A DNA stretch of 64,000 bases. Source: Chloroflexota bacterium. GTDB taxonomy: Bacteria > Chloroflexota > Limnocylindria > Limnocylindrales > CSP1-4. Each line of letters opens with the position of its first letter. Positions within the stretch are counted from its first letter, which is position 1. The notes under the pieces are model-generated. The model was not told where the DNA came from and did no database searches. It worked only from the letters and a program-made list of their open reading frames with translations. Both the position numbers and the translations under genes were made by a program. The stretch spans positions 5,833 through 69,832 of the forward strand of contig VBFG01000047.1 in the NCBI GenBank assembly GCA_005882635.1. Direction: 5' to 3'. Positions 8,179 to 15,905 of the stretch are shown here, one piece after another.

Positions 8179-11154
8179 GTGATGGCTCGGCGCGCCACGA
8201 CCCCTTTGCCCTACTGCGAGCGGGGCGTCGCGCCGCGGCGTCGAGGGCCCGAGGTACTCCGTGAGGATGACGTCCGTTCGAGGCTGTCGAACGTGAACGC
8301 GGATCCGTCCCGCGATCCGGACTGGACCGACGCGCCGTCCGGCGACGTCGCGGGGGTCGCGGGCCTTGCAACCGTCGCCGAGCCGCCGATCGACCTCGGG
8401 CTCGTCCTCGCCGGCGTCAGCGCCGGGATCAGCGTCCAGGACGCGACCGGTCGGCTCCTGTACGTGAACGACGTCGCCGCCGAGATGTCCGGCTTTGCCT
8501 CGCCGGAGCAGATGCTGGCGGCGACCCCGAGCGAGCGGCTCGGAAGGTTCGAGCTGCTCGACGAGGCCGGACTGCCGTTCGATCCGGCCAATCTGCCCGG
8601 GCGACGGGTCCTCCACGGCGAGACGCCGGAGCCAACCCTTATCGGCTTCCGCCTCCTCCCCGACGGCGTCGAGCGCTGGTCCCTCCTTCACGCCACGGCC
8701 GGCGTCCTGCCCGACGGCCGGACCGTCGCGATCAGCACGTTCCACGACGTGACCCCACGGATCGAGTCGGAGCGCCGGATCCGCGACCGCGAGCGCCGCT
8801 TCCGCGAGATGGCCGAGGAGCGCCGGCGGGCCGAGGACCGCCTCGATTCCGTCCTCCGCCACATGCCCGTCGGGGTGATCCTGGTTGACGCCCAGGAGCG
8901 ACGGCTGTTGTTCGCCAACGATGCGGCGCGGCGCCTGCCGCACCTCCGGCTGAGGGTCGGTGAGCCGCTCCGCTACCTCGGCAACGAGGGCTTTCGCCAG
9001 GACGGCTCGCGCCTGGCCGAGGACGACTGGCCGCTCCGACGGGCGATGCGCGGCGAGTCGGTGTCGAACGAGGTCCTCACGATCGAGAACGAGGCCGGCG
9101 TCCGGCGGTCGTACGCGATGAGCGCGGGACCCATGCGCGATCGGTCCGGCCGGGTCGATCTCATCATCGAGACCGTGACCGACATCACCGACCGCGTCAT
9201 CGCCGAGGAGCAGGAGCGGTTCCTGGCCAATGCGTCCGAGGTGCTCGGTTCGTCGCTCGACTACGAGCAGACGGTCCAGGCGGTGGCCGACCTGGCGGTC
9301 CCGCGGTTCGCCGACTGGTGCATCGTCCAGCTCGGCGACGAGGAGGGCCTGTCGCGGCGGATGGCGGTCGCCCATCGGGACCCGGCCAAGCTGGCGCTCG
9401 CCATGGAGCTGTCGGCCTCCTATCCGCCCGATCCGGACGCCGCGACGGGACCGGCTGCGATCTTCCGGACGGGTCAATCCGAGTACGTCGCGGACATCCC
9501 GCCGGAGGCCGTCGACGCCGCGGCCCGCGACGACCGGCACCGCGACATGCTGCGGGCGCTGACGCTCCGTTCGTACGTGTCCGTCCCGCTGACGGCGTCA
9601 GGCCGGATCGTTGGCGTCCTGACGCTCGTCAGCGGCGAGTCCGGCCGGCGCTTCGAGCCGGCCGACGTGGCGTTCGCCGAGAACCTCGCCGGCAGGGCCG
9701 CCGCGGCCATCGAGAACGCGCGCCTGTTCCGCGAGGGCGTCCGGTTCAAGCGGCTGCTCGACGCGACGAGCGACGCAGTGCTCCTCCTCGACGCGGACGG
9801 CAGCCGCGTCGTCTACGCGAACCAGAGCGCCGCGCAGCAGGTCGGTCGCGCGCCCGACGACGTCCAGGGCTGGAGCCTGGACGACCACCTCGACGTCGAC
9901 GACGCGGCGACCATCCACGCTGCCGTCGAGGCGCTCGCGTCAGGCTCGGCGGAGGCGCGGACGGAGACGGTCAGGCTCCGCCGCTCGTCGGGCGACCAGA
10001 TCCCCGTCGAGATCCGCCTCCAGCTCGTCACGCTCGCCGCAGAGCCGCCGCGGATCCTCGCGGTCGCCCGCGACCGACGCGAGCGGATCGCGGTCGAGGA
10101 GACACTCCGGAGGCTGGCCGCGGCGGAGCACGCCCGGGCCGCCGAGCTCAACGCCGTGATCCGGGCGATGGGCGAGGGCGTCTTCGTGTGCGACGGTGCC
10201 GGGCGGATCATCCTCGCGAACCCGGCGGCAGAGGACGTCTTCCCCGAAGTCCGGGAATCGACCTACGCCGACATCCTCGCCGAGCTCGACGACCCCGACG
10301 GTCAGGCGCCAGGCCTCGGTCGGGCGGGGGGCGCGGTCGAGCTTCGCGCCCGGCGCGGCGATGAGCGCTGGATCGAGCTGTCGACGTGGCCGGTCGGGGC
10401 CGATGAGCCCGAGGACCTCCGCGAGGAGACGATCGTCGTCCTCCGCGACGTCACCGAGGCCCGCCAGCGGCAGGCGGTCCGCGACACGTTCATCGGGGTC
10501 CTGTCGCACGAGCTGCGGACGCCGGTGACGACGATCTACGCCGGGGCCAAGGTCCTGTCGCGACCGAGCGACCTGACGGACGACACGCGGCAGGAGATCT
10601 TCGGCGACATCGTCGTCGAGTCCGAGCGGCTGCACCGACTCGTCGAGGACGTCGTCGCGATGACGCGTTTCCAGGACGAAGGTGGCGACGCCGGCGCGGA
10701 GCCGGTCCTCTTGCAGCGGCTCCTTCCCGTGGTGATCGGCTCCGAGGAGGGGCGCTGGCCCGGCGTCCACTTCCGGCTGATCGTGCCGCCCGGCCTGCCG
10801 ACGATCATCGCCGACCCGACCTATGTCGAGCAGGTCGTGCGCAACCTGCTGTCGAACGCGGCGAAGTACGGCGGTGGAGGGACAGTCGGCGTCGCGGTCG
10901 AGGCCGCGCCCGGGGAGGTCCTCGTCCGGATCCTAGATGACGGGCCCGGCTTCCCGCCCGACGAGACGGATCGGCTGTTCGAGCTCTTCTTCCGATCGGC
11001 GGGCACGTCGCGGGCGGCATCCGGGGCAGGCATCGGGCTGTTCGTCTGCGCCCGACTCATCCGGGCGATGGGCGGCCGGATCTGGGCGGTGAACCGCCCC
11101 GAAGGGGGCGCCGAGTTCGGGTTCGCGCTCCGGGTCATGGACGAGGATTCGTAG
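8179..11154 (+). CDS. cytoplasmic multi-PAS/GAF sensor histidine kinase
   Basis: ORF 8179..11154, 991 aa, no TM segment. H-box SHELRTPVTTIYAG, N-box RNLLSNAAKYG, G1 DDGPGF, G2 GAGIGL. Several PAS-like and one GAF-like segment sit upstream of these. Confidence 0.85.
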   Translation: MMARRATTPLPYCERGVAPRRRGPEVLREDDVRSRLSNVNADPSRDPDWTDAPSGDVAGVAGLATVAEPPIDLGLVLAGVSAGISVQDATGRLLYVNDVAAEMSGFASPEQMLAATPSERLGRFELLDEAGLPFDPANLPGRRVLHGETPEPTLIGFRLLPDGVERWSLLHATAGVLPDGRTVAISTFHDVTPRIESERRIRDRERRFREMAEERRRAEDRLDSVLRHMPVGVILVDAQERRLLFANDAARRLPHLRLRVGEPLRYLGNEGFRQDGSRLAEDDWPLRRAMRGESVSNEVLTIENEAGVRRSYAMSAGPMRDRSGRVDLIIETVTDITDRVIAEEQERFLANASEVLGSSLDYEQTVQAVADLAVPRFADWCIVQLGDEEGLSRRMAVAHRDPAKLALAMELSASYPPDPDAATGPAAIFRTGQSEYVADIPPEAVDAAARDDRHRDMLRALTLRSYVSVPLTASGRIVGVLTLVSGESGRRFEPADVAFAENLAGRAAAAIENARLFREGVRFKRLLDATSDAVLLLDADGSRVVYANQSAAQQVGRAPDDVQGWSLDDHLDVDDAATIHAAVEALASGSAEARTETVRLRRSSGDQIPVEIRLQLVTLAAEPPRILAVARDRRERIAVEETLRRLAAAEHARAAELNAVIRAMGEGVFVCDGAGRIILANPAAEDVFPEVRESTYADILAELDDPDGQAPGLGRAGGAVELRARRGDERWIELSTWPVGADEPEDLREETIVVLRDVTEARQRQAVRDTFIGVLSHELRTPVTTIYAGAKVLSRPSDLTDDTRQEIFGDIVVESERLHRLVEDVVAMTRFQDEGGDAGAEPVLLQRLLPVVIGSEEGRWPGVHFRLIVPPGLPTIIADPTYVEQVVRNLLSNAAKYGGGGTVGVAVEAAPGEVLVRILDDGPGFPPDETDRLFELFFRSAGTSRAASGAGIGLFVCARLIRAMGGRIWAVNRPEGGAEFGFALRVMDEDS

Positions 11155-11186
11155 GCTTCGCGGCCTGGGTCGCTCCGCGCCACCTG

Positions 11187-11367
11187 ATGCCTGTCAGGCA
11201 TTGATTCCGGGCGCAACGTCGACGACGCGACTGGAGATGGTCCACGTCGGGCCGGAACCGGCGGTTTTCATGCCTGTTGGGTATCAAGACCGCGGGAAAC
11301 GCGCCACTCGACCGTCGCGACGGCCCCGTCACCGCGCCTGGGCCCGAAAACGATGCCTGACAGGTAT
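11187..11367. repeat. three copies of a ~26-nt palindrome-containing repeat at exact 83-bp spacing
   Basis: ATGCCTGTCAGGCAT (11187-11201), ATGCCTGTTGGGTAT (11270-11284), ATGCCTGACAGGTAT (11353-11367). The following ~11 nt are also related (TGATTCCGG / CAAGACCGC / CGAATCCGG). Located between the convergent HK and corA genes. Confidence 0.75.
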
Positions 11368-11429
11368 CGAATCCGGCAGGACGGGCCGCGGCTGGCCGGA
11401 CCGGGATGTCGGTTCGTCGTCGACGACCG

Positions 11430-12386
11430 TCAGATCCACTGTCGCCAGCGGGCGATCGCGAGGATCGCCAGCGACATGGCGACCATCGCCCCGAGCACGA
11501 CGAAGAAGTTCGACGACACCTCGAAGAACGGCAGCTTGAAGTTCATCCCCATGATCCCGGCGAGGACGATCCCGGGCAGGGCGATCGACGACACGAGCGT
11601 CAGGACCTTCATGATCTCGTTGGTCCGATTGGACGACCGCCCGAGGTAGAGATCGAACGAGCCGACGAGGAGCTCTCGGGCGTTCTCCACCGCGTCGATG
11701 GCTCGCTCGAGTCGCTGGAGGAGTCCGGGCCAGACCTCCCCGAGGTCCGACCGAAGCTCGAAGTCCGGGCGCTCGAGGGGCAGGAGCGCCTCGCGGTTCG
11801 GAGCGAGGGATCGGCGTAGCCGGGCGATCCGCCGCCGCACGGCCAGGACATCCGACAGGAACGACGAATCCCGGCGGCTCCGGACGGCGACGTCGTCGAG
11901 TGCGTCGATGTCGCGTTCGATCGCCTCGATCTGACGGAAGTAGACGGTGAGGATGGCGTCGAGCAGGCCGGCGGTGAAGGCGGCGGCGTCGAGCCGGCCG
12001 AGCTCGCGCTCCTCCTTCATCTCCGTGACGTACTCGTCGATCGCGGCAAGCCGACCGTCGTGGACCGTCATCACGTGGTTCTTGCCGACGACGATGTCGA
12101 CCTCGTGACGGCGCGCCTCCAGGTCGTCGGGCTCGACCGCGCCGAGGCTCAGGACGACCCGCTCCGGGAGGCGGAGGAGGTTCGGCCGGCGCTCCGCGCG
12201 CTCGAGGCGGCGGAGCGCCTCGCGCTCGAGGCCGAGCGCTCCGGCAGCGACCGACAGATCGTCGACGTCCCGCTCGTCGAGGTCGATCCAGAGGAGGCGC
12301 GCGTCGCTCAGCCGCGGCTGGTCCGCGGTCAGGTCGACCTCGCGGTCGTGTCCGTTCGCGTCGTACAGAACGGCGCGGAGGGTCAC
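11430..12386 (-). CDS. corA: CorA-family Mg2+/Co2+ transporter
   Basis: ORF 11430..12386 (GTG start). GMNF signature (IMGMNFKLPFF) between two C-terminal TM helices. Confidence 0.85.
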   Translation of the reverse strand: MTLRAVLYDANGHDREVDLTADQPRLSDARLLWIDLDERDVDDLSVAAGALGLEREALRRLERAERRPNLLRLPERVVLSLGAVEPDDLEARRHEVDIVVGKNHVMTVHDGRLAAIDEYVTEMKEERELGRLDAAAFTAGLLDAILTVYFRQIEAIERDIDALDDVAVRSRRDSSFLSDVLAVRRRIARLRRSLAPNREALLPLERPDFELRSDLGEVWPGLLQRLERAIDAVENARELLVGSFDLYLGRSSNRTNEIMKVLTLVSSIALPGIVLAGIMGMNFKLPFFEVSSNFFVVLGAMVAMSLAILAIARWRQWI

Positions 12387-12508
12387 CGAATGAAGGCGAG
12401 GACCCCGGCCGCCACGACCGCGATGATGGCCATCACGTACTCGACGACTCGCATCGAGCGGTCCTCGACGTCCGAGTCCGTGGTCGTCATCGGCGCCTGG
12501 CGGATCAT
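12383..12508 (-). CDS. 41-aa single-TM small protein translationally coupled to corA
   Basis: MIRQAPMTTTDSDVEDRSMRVVEYVMAIIAVVAAGVLAFIR. AGGAG lies about 8 nt upstream of the ATG at 12508. Third-codon positions are almost all G/C. Its TGA stop overlaps the corA GTG (GTGA). Confidence 0.45.
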   Translation of the reverse strand: MIRQAPMTTTDSDVEDRSMRVVEYVMAIIAVVAAGVLAFIR

Positions 12509-12873
12509 CGATATCACTCCTGTCTCGGTTGGCGTCGGCGCCCCCGTGATCTGTGGCGCGAGCGGCCCTGTTGTCGTCTCATTGGTCGACGAGCGCCGCC
12601 GTGAGGGCGGCGGCTCGTCGATGTCGTCGACAGCGTGGGGCTGGATCTGTCGCACCGACAGATATCTGGATCGGTCGGCCCTATCACGGTCGTTGCACGT
12701 CCGAGAGACCGGTGGTCGGCGTTGCCGGGAGGCAACAGGATGCGAGGCGCCTGCAACGGCGTGGTCCGCGTCGGACAGGCTCGCGTTCGGCTCGGCTGGG
12801 TAAGGTCCGTCAGCGTGGTGGCCCCGACCACCTGAGGTGCCGGATCGCTGGCGCCCTGTCACCGGAGGTACCC

Positions 12874-13077
12874 ATGAAGCGACTTGTGCTTGCCTTTGCC
12901 CTCGCGGCGTCCGTCGCGGGCGCGATCGCTGCCTGCACCAACCCGGCCGCGACAACGGCACCGTCAGTGGCCGCGCCGGCCAGCTCGCCTTCGACCATGG
13001 TCGAGAGCCCGTCGTCGTCGACCGGCACAGAGTCGGCTGCCCCGAGCTTGGAGTCGGCGGCCCCGAGCTCGTCCTAG
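12874..13077 (+). CDS. small secreted lipoprotein, low-complexity Ser/Ala/Pro-rich
   Basis: ATG 12874 preceded by GGAGGT. MKRLVLAFALAASVAGAIAAC lipobox, followed by a Ser/Pro/Ala/Thr-rich 47 aa. Confidence 0.5.
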   Translation: MKRLVLAFALAASVAGAIAACTNPAATTAPSVAAPASSPSTMVESPSSSTGTESAAPSLESAAPSSS

Positions 13078-13433
13078 CCGAACGCTACCAAAGGGCGCGG
13101 CGCCGTCCCCAGGCGGCGTCGAATCCCTGACTGATCGAACGCCCTCGGCCTGCTGGCCGGGGGCTTCGTTTTCGGCCTCGCCTGACACGCGGATGACATG
13201 TCCGACGGGCAGATCGTCAGCAGATCGCAAGAGAGTCGGACCCACACTCTCGTCGGCTCCGTCGCCGCCCCCGGGGTGGCACTCCGTATAGCGACGCCGG
13301 GGACCGCGACGTCTCGAGAATCCGCGACGCGGGGTCGGGACGTGGTCAGACAATGCGGTGTCGGTCGAGACGACGACGTCGACCGACGCCGCATTCGTCG
13401 TGTCCGGGGACCTGCCCGGTGCCCTCAGGGGCC

Positions 13434-13450
13434 TGTCAGGCCGTTGCAAC
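13434..13450 (+). promoter_or_regulatory. bipartite phased motif TGTCA-N6-TGCAAC (exact copy 1 of 3)
   Basis: TGTCAGGCCGTTGCAAC, embedded in the palindromes GGCCTGTCAGGCC and CCGTTGCAACGG. Lies 109 nt upstream of the ATG at 13559. Confidence 0.4.
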
Positions 13451-13558
13451 GGGGATCGACGCGATCGTTGCCGCCGTGAGGAGTCGGCGACCGGAGACTC
13501 CCTCGCGTACCCGGAAGCGGGCAACGATCGGAACCCCAAGGGATGGAGGTCGCACCTC

Positions 13559-13840
13559 ATGAACATCATTGCATGGCTCGTTCTCGGCGCGATTGCCGGC
13601 TACCTGGCCGGCTTCCTCGTCCGTGGCGACGAGGGCCTCGGGGTCATCGGCCACATCGTCCTCGGCATCGTTGGCGCGCTCGTCGGCGGCTTCCTCGCGG
13701 GCCTGCTCTTCAACACGAACCCGATCAGCGGGCCGCTCGACCTGGGCTCGATCGTCACCGCCACAATCGGCGCGATCCTCGTGGTCGTCGTCGTCAACGC
13801 GGTGACGGGCCGGAGCCGCACCGGACGCGGCGCGATCTGA
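13559..13840 (+). CDS. GlsB/YeaQ/YmgE-family (transglycosylase-associated) stress membrane protein
   Basis: ATG 13559 after GGATGGAGGT. MNIIAWLVLGAIAGYLAGFLV...IGHIVLGIVGALVGGFLAGLLF is typical of the family. Confidence 0.8.
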   Translation: MNIIAWLVLGAIAGYLAGFLVRGDEGLGVIGHIVLGIVGALVGGFLAGLLFNTNPISGPLDLGSIVTATIGAILVVVVVNAVTGRSRTGRGAI

Positions 13841-13894
13841 CCCAAGACCCCGACCCAGGCTGCGGAGCCCAACCGCTCCGCCTGGACCCGACGG

Positions 13895-13918
13895 ACGCCC
13901 ACCTTCCCGGGTGGGCGT
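13895..13918 (+). terminator. intrinsic-terminator-like hairpin
   Basis: ACGCCCACC-ttcccg-GGTGGGCGT followed by TCCGATTCTCC, 55 nt after the stop at 13840. Confidence 0.6.
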
Positions 13919-14022
13919 TCCGATTCTCCGGCACCGGGCCGGGACCAGTTGGCAGTCGGGTGCAATGAGGTCCGCCTCGGGACGGGACCGGTCGGGGGGC
14001 CTCACCGGATACGGTCGTCGCC

Positions 14023-14370
14023 ATGCACATCTACCTCGACGGGTCGGCTGCGCTCGACCCTGACGTCGGCGAGCGTCTGGCCCATCTCGCCGACGCGGGT
14101 CACCGGCTCGTCCTCGTCGCGCCGGATTCCCACCCGGCGACGGCCCTGGCCTCATTGTCCGATCGGACCACGACCCTGCCCGCCCAACCGCCGCGCGGAT
14201 CGTGGTTCCTCACCGCGGATCCGGCCACCTGTGGCGACCGTCAGCCGGGCCTCCGGACGGTCCTCATCGGACCGCGTGAGAACCCTCCTCGACCGACCCG
14301 CTGTGACTCGACGGCGCGCGACCTCCGTGAGGCCGTCCTCGAGATCCTCGCCGCCGACGCGATGAGCTGA
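14023..14370 (+). CDS. hypothetical protein (115 aa)
   Basis: ORF 14023..14370. Plausible composition (MHIYLDGSAALDPDVGERLAHLADAGHRLVLVAPD...). No family recognised. Confidence 0.45.
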   Translation: MHIYLDGSAALDPDVGERLAHLADAGHRLVLVAPDSHPATALASLSDRTTTLPAQPPRGSWFLTADPATCGDRQPGLRTVLIGPRENPPRPTRCDSTARDLREAVLEILAADAMS

Positions 14371-14420
14371 CGCGCGGGCGAGGGCCGGCGGGGTCGGCAG
14401 CGGCACGATGGCCCGAAACC

Positions 14421-14447
14421 TGCAACAGCGCGGACAGGCCGCTGCAA
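14421..14447 (+). promoter_or_regulatory. three 11-bp-phased half sites TGCAA / GGACA / TGCAA
   Basis: TGCAA at 14421, GGACA at 14432, TGCAA at 14443, at the 5' edge of a 630-nt ORF-free region. Confidence 0.35.
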
Positions 14448-15000
14448 CGATGCGGTGGCTGGCCTTGACGCTCACGTCATCGCCGGGACAGGACACTGCT
14501 CGCGCGGGCTTCCGACCACTGGGGGTCCGGGGGCCCGCCATCTTTCTTCCCAACGCCCGGGCCGATCGCTCGACGGTCGGCCCGGGCGTGTCGTCGAGTC
14601 CGGGGCAACTGCGCGGATCCAGGGTCCCATTTGGCGGGTCGACGGCGGGTCGGACGAGCGATCGTCGTTATGCGGTTGAAATGTCTGTACGGCTCGGTGG
14701 GAGACGCGCGATGGGCCCCTCTGTCTACGATCGCGCCACGTTCGACGCGGAGACCGTCGGCACCAATCGAATCACCCAGCGTGGAGACGCTTGTGACGGG
14801 GCGTCTTCACCCCCCGATCCCGCGGACGCCCGGAGCCCCCTCCTCCGGGCGTTCCGCACGTCTTGGGCCGGGGCGCGTCGAGCCAGGAAAAAAGAAGCCC
14901 CGGACACACGAAGATCGCCGGCCCCTCCTGGGGAGCCGGCGATCCGTGTGCGCTGGCGGTGGTCTCGGCCGCCGCCGAGCCACCTGACGTGGTCAGCCGG

Positions 15001-15354
15001 TCAGCGCATGGGCGGTCGCGTGCCGCTATGTCGGTCGAAGAGCGTGTAGCCCATCGCGGTCGCCGGGATGAGCGCGAGGATCACCAGGATCCGGTTGGCG
15101 CCCCCGAGGAGGAGACCGAGCGCGAGGCCCAGCGACAGCGACGTGCCGACGGCGAGGACCTCGTCCGACTCCTGGCGGATGATCGCGTTTGCGCGGCCGA
15201 TCTGGACCCCCGTCGCATTCGCCGCGTCGGGCAGGCGCGCGGCGGCCGCTGCGGCGCGGTCGGCGACGTCGCTGGCGATGCCCTTGGCGGTGGTCGCGAG
15301 GTCGTTGTCGTCCGTCGTCGTGGTTGATCCGCTCGCGCGGGTCGTGGTGGTCAT
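15001..15354 (-). CDS. hypothetical membrane-anchored protein (hydrophilic N-terminus, C-terminal TM pair)
   Basis: ORF 15001..15354. GGAGGA upstream of the ATG. C-terminal part is LAVGTSLSLGLALGLLLGGANRILVILALIPATAMGY. Confidence 0.6.
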   Translation of the reverse strand: MTTTTRASGSTTTTDDNDLATTAKGIASDVADRAAAAAARLPDAANATGVQIGRANAIIRQESDEVLAVGTSLSLGLALGLLLGGANRILVILALIPATAMGYTLFDRHSGTRPPMR

Positions 15355-15438
15355 GGGTTCATCCTCCGGATGGTCGAGACGATGAGTCGACCCTACGGCC
15401 CCGCAGGCCGCAGCCGGGAGACGTGACGGCCGACCCCG

Positions 15439-15455
15439 GTTGCAGGCACGTGACA
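15439..15455 (-). promoter_or_regulatory. bipartite phased motif TGTCA-N6-TGCAAC (exact copy 2 of 3)
   Basis: The minus strand reads TGTCACGTGCCTGCAAC, about 85 nt upstream of the minus-strand start at 15354. Confidence 0.4.
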
Positions 15456-15632
15456 GCCGCGCACGCTGTTCGTGCGCTTCTCCACGCGAAGCTGCCAGCC
15501 GGGGGTCACCGACTGCAAGCGCGATGTCACCTGCGTCCGGCCGCGCGGAGGCTCGCGCACAACGTCCACCCGGCTAGGTTCGAGGCCTCGGGCCGGTAAC
15601 ACGGTCCTCTCGAATCGGGAGGTCACGAAACG

Positions 15633-15851
15633 ATGAACTGGGAAGATGTGAAGGCCGACACGAAGGAAACCGTGCGCGACATCGACAACAAGGCCAAGGA
15701 GACGTGGCGCAAGGCCGATGGCGAGGAAAGTGCCTCCGACAAGGTCGCCAACGCCGGCGACGACGTCCGTGACGCCCTCGGCAACGCCGGCGACGAGTTC
15801 CGCCGCGGCGCCAGCCACGCCGACGACGAGGTCGAGGATCGCCCGGTCTGA
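15633..15851 (+). CDS. small acidic hydrophilic protein (72 aa, stress-protein-like)
   Basis: ATG 15633 after GGGAGGTCACGAAACG. MNWEDVKADTKETVRDIDNKAKETWRKADGEES... A strong hairpin follows the stop. Confidence 0.6.
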   Translation: MNWEDVKADTKETVRDIDNKAKETWRKADGEESASDKVANAGDDVRDALGNAGDEFRRGASHADDEVEDRPV

Positions 15852-15873
15852 CGAGCTCTCACCCACGTTCGAA

Positions 15874-15905
15874 GCGCCCCCGCGGACTCCGGTCCGCGGG
15901 GGCGC
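15874..15905 (+). terminator. perfect 14-bp GC hairpin (possible bidirectional terminator)
   Basis: GCGCCCCCGCGGAC-tccg-GTCCGCGGGGGCGC, 23 nt after the stop at 15851. No clear U-tract. Confidence 0.55.

Noticed and set aside
11187-11367. Could the 83-bp-period repeats be a small CRISPR array or a tRNA remnant (GGTATCGAATCC resembles a T-loop)?
   Set aside because: There are only three degenerate copies, the 'spacers' are ~57 nt, and there are no cas genes in the window. No acceptor, D or anticodon arms can be drawn around the T-loop-like string.
13950-13966. Sigma-54-like appearance of TGGCA-N6-TGCAAT (and of the TGTCA-N6-TGCAAC sites).
   Set aside because: The spacing is GG-N9-GC, whereas the canonical -24/-12 element is GG-N10-GC (TGGCAC-N5-TTGCA). 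Most copies lack the GG doublet. No sigma-54 or enhancer-binding protein is seen in the window.
14371-15000. RNase P RNA, tmRNA or SRP RNA in the 630-nt ORF-free region.
   Set aside because: I could not find the conserved strings I know for these RNAs on either strand (for example GAGGAAAGTCCGGGC and ACAGAACCCGGCTTA for RNase P, a T-arm plus CCA-proximal acceptor for tmRNA, or the SRP domain IV GGAA/AGCA motif). GAGTCCGGGGC at ~14597 is only a partial resemblance.
15439-15480. ECF41-type promoter (TGTCACA-N16-CGTC) as an explanation for the TGTCA sites.
   Set aside because: The -35-like half fits loosely (TGTCACG/TGTCAGG). At the N16 position the three sites read CGGC, CGAC and CCCG rather than CGTC. 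The invariant TGCAAC inside the presumed spacer would be unexplained. I keep this as a weak alternative only.
15617-15631. Identical 14-mer GGAGGTCACGAAAC immediately upstream of two start codons (15633 on the plus strand and 43391 on the minus strand).
   Set aside because: The first 8-9 nt are explained by an extended Shine-Dalgarno complementary to the 16S 3' end (GGAGGTGATC-like). The remaining CGAAAC is short enough to be coincidence, and there are only two copies.
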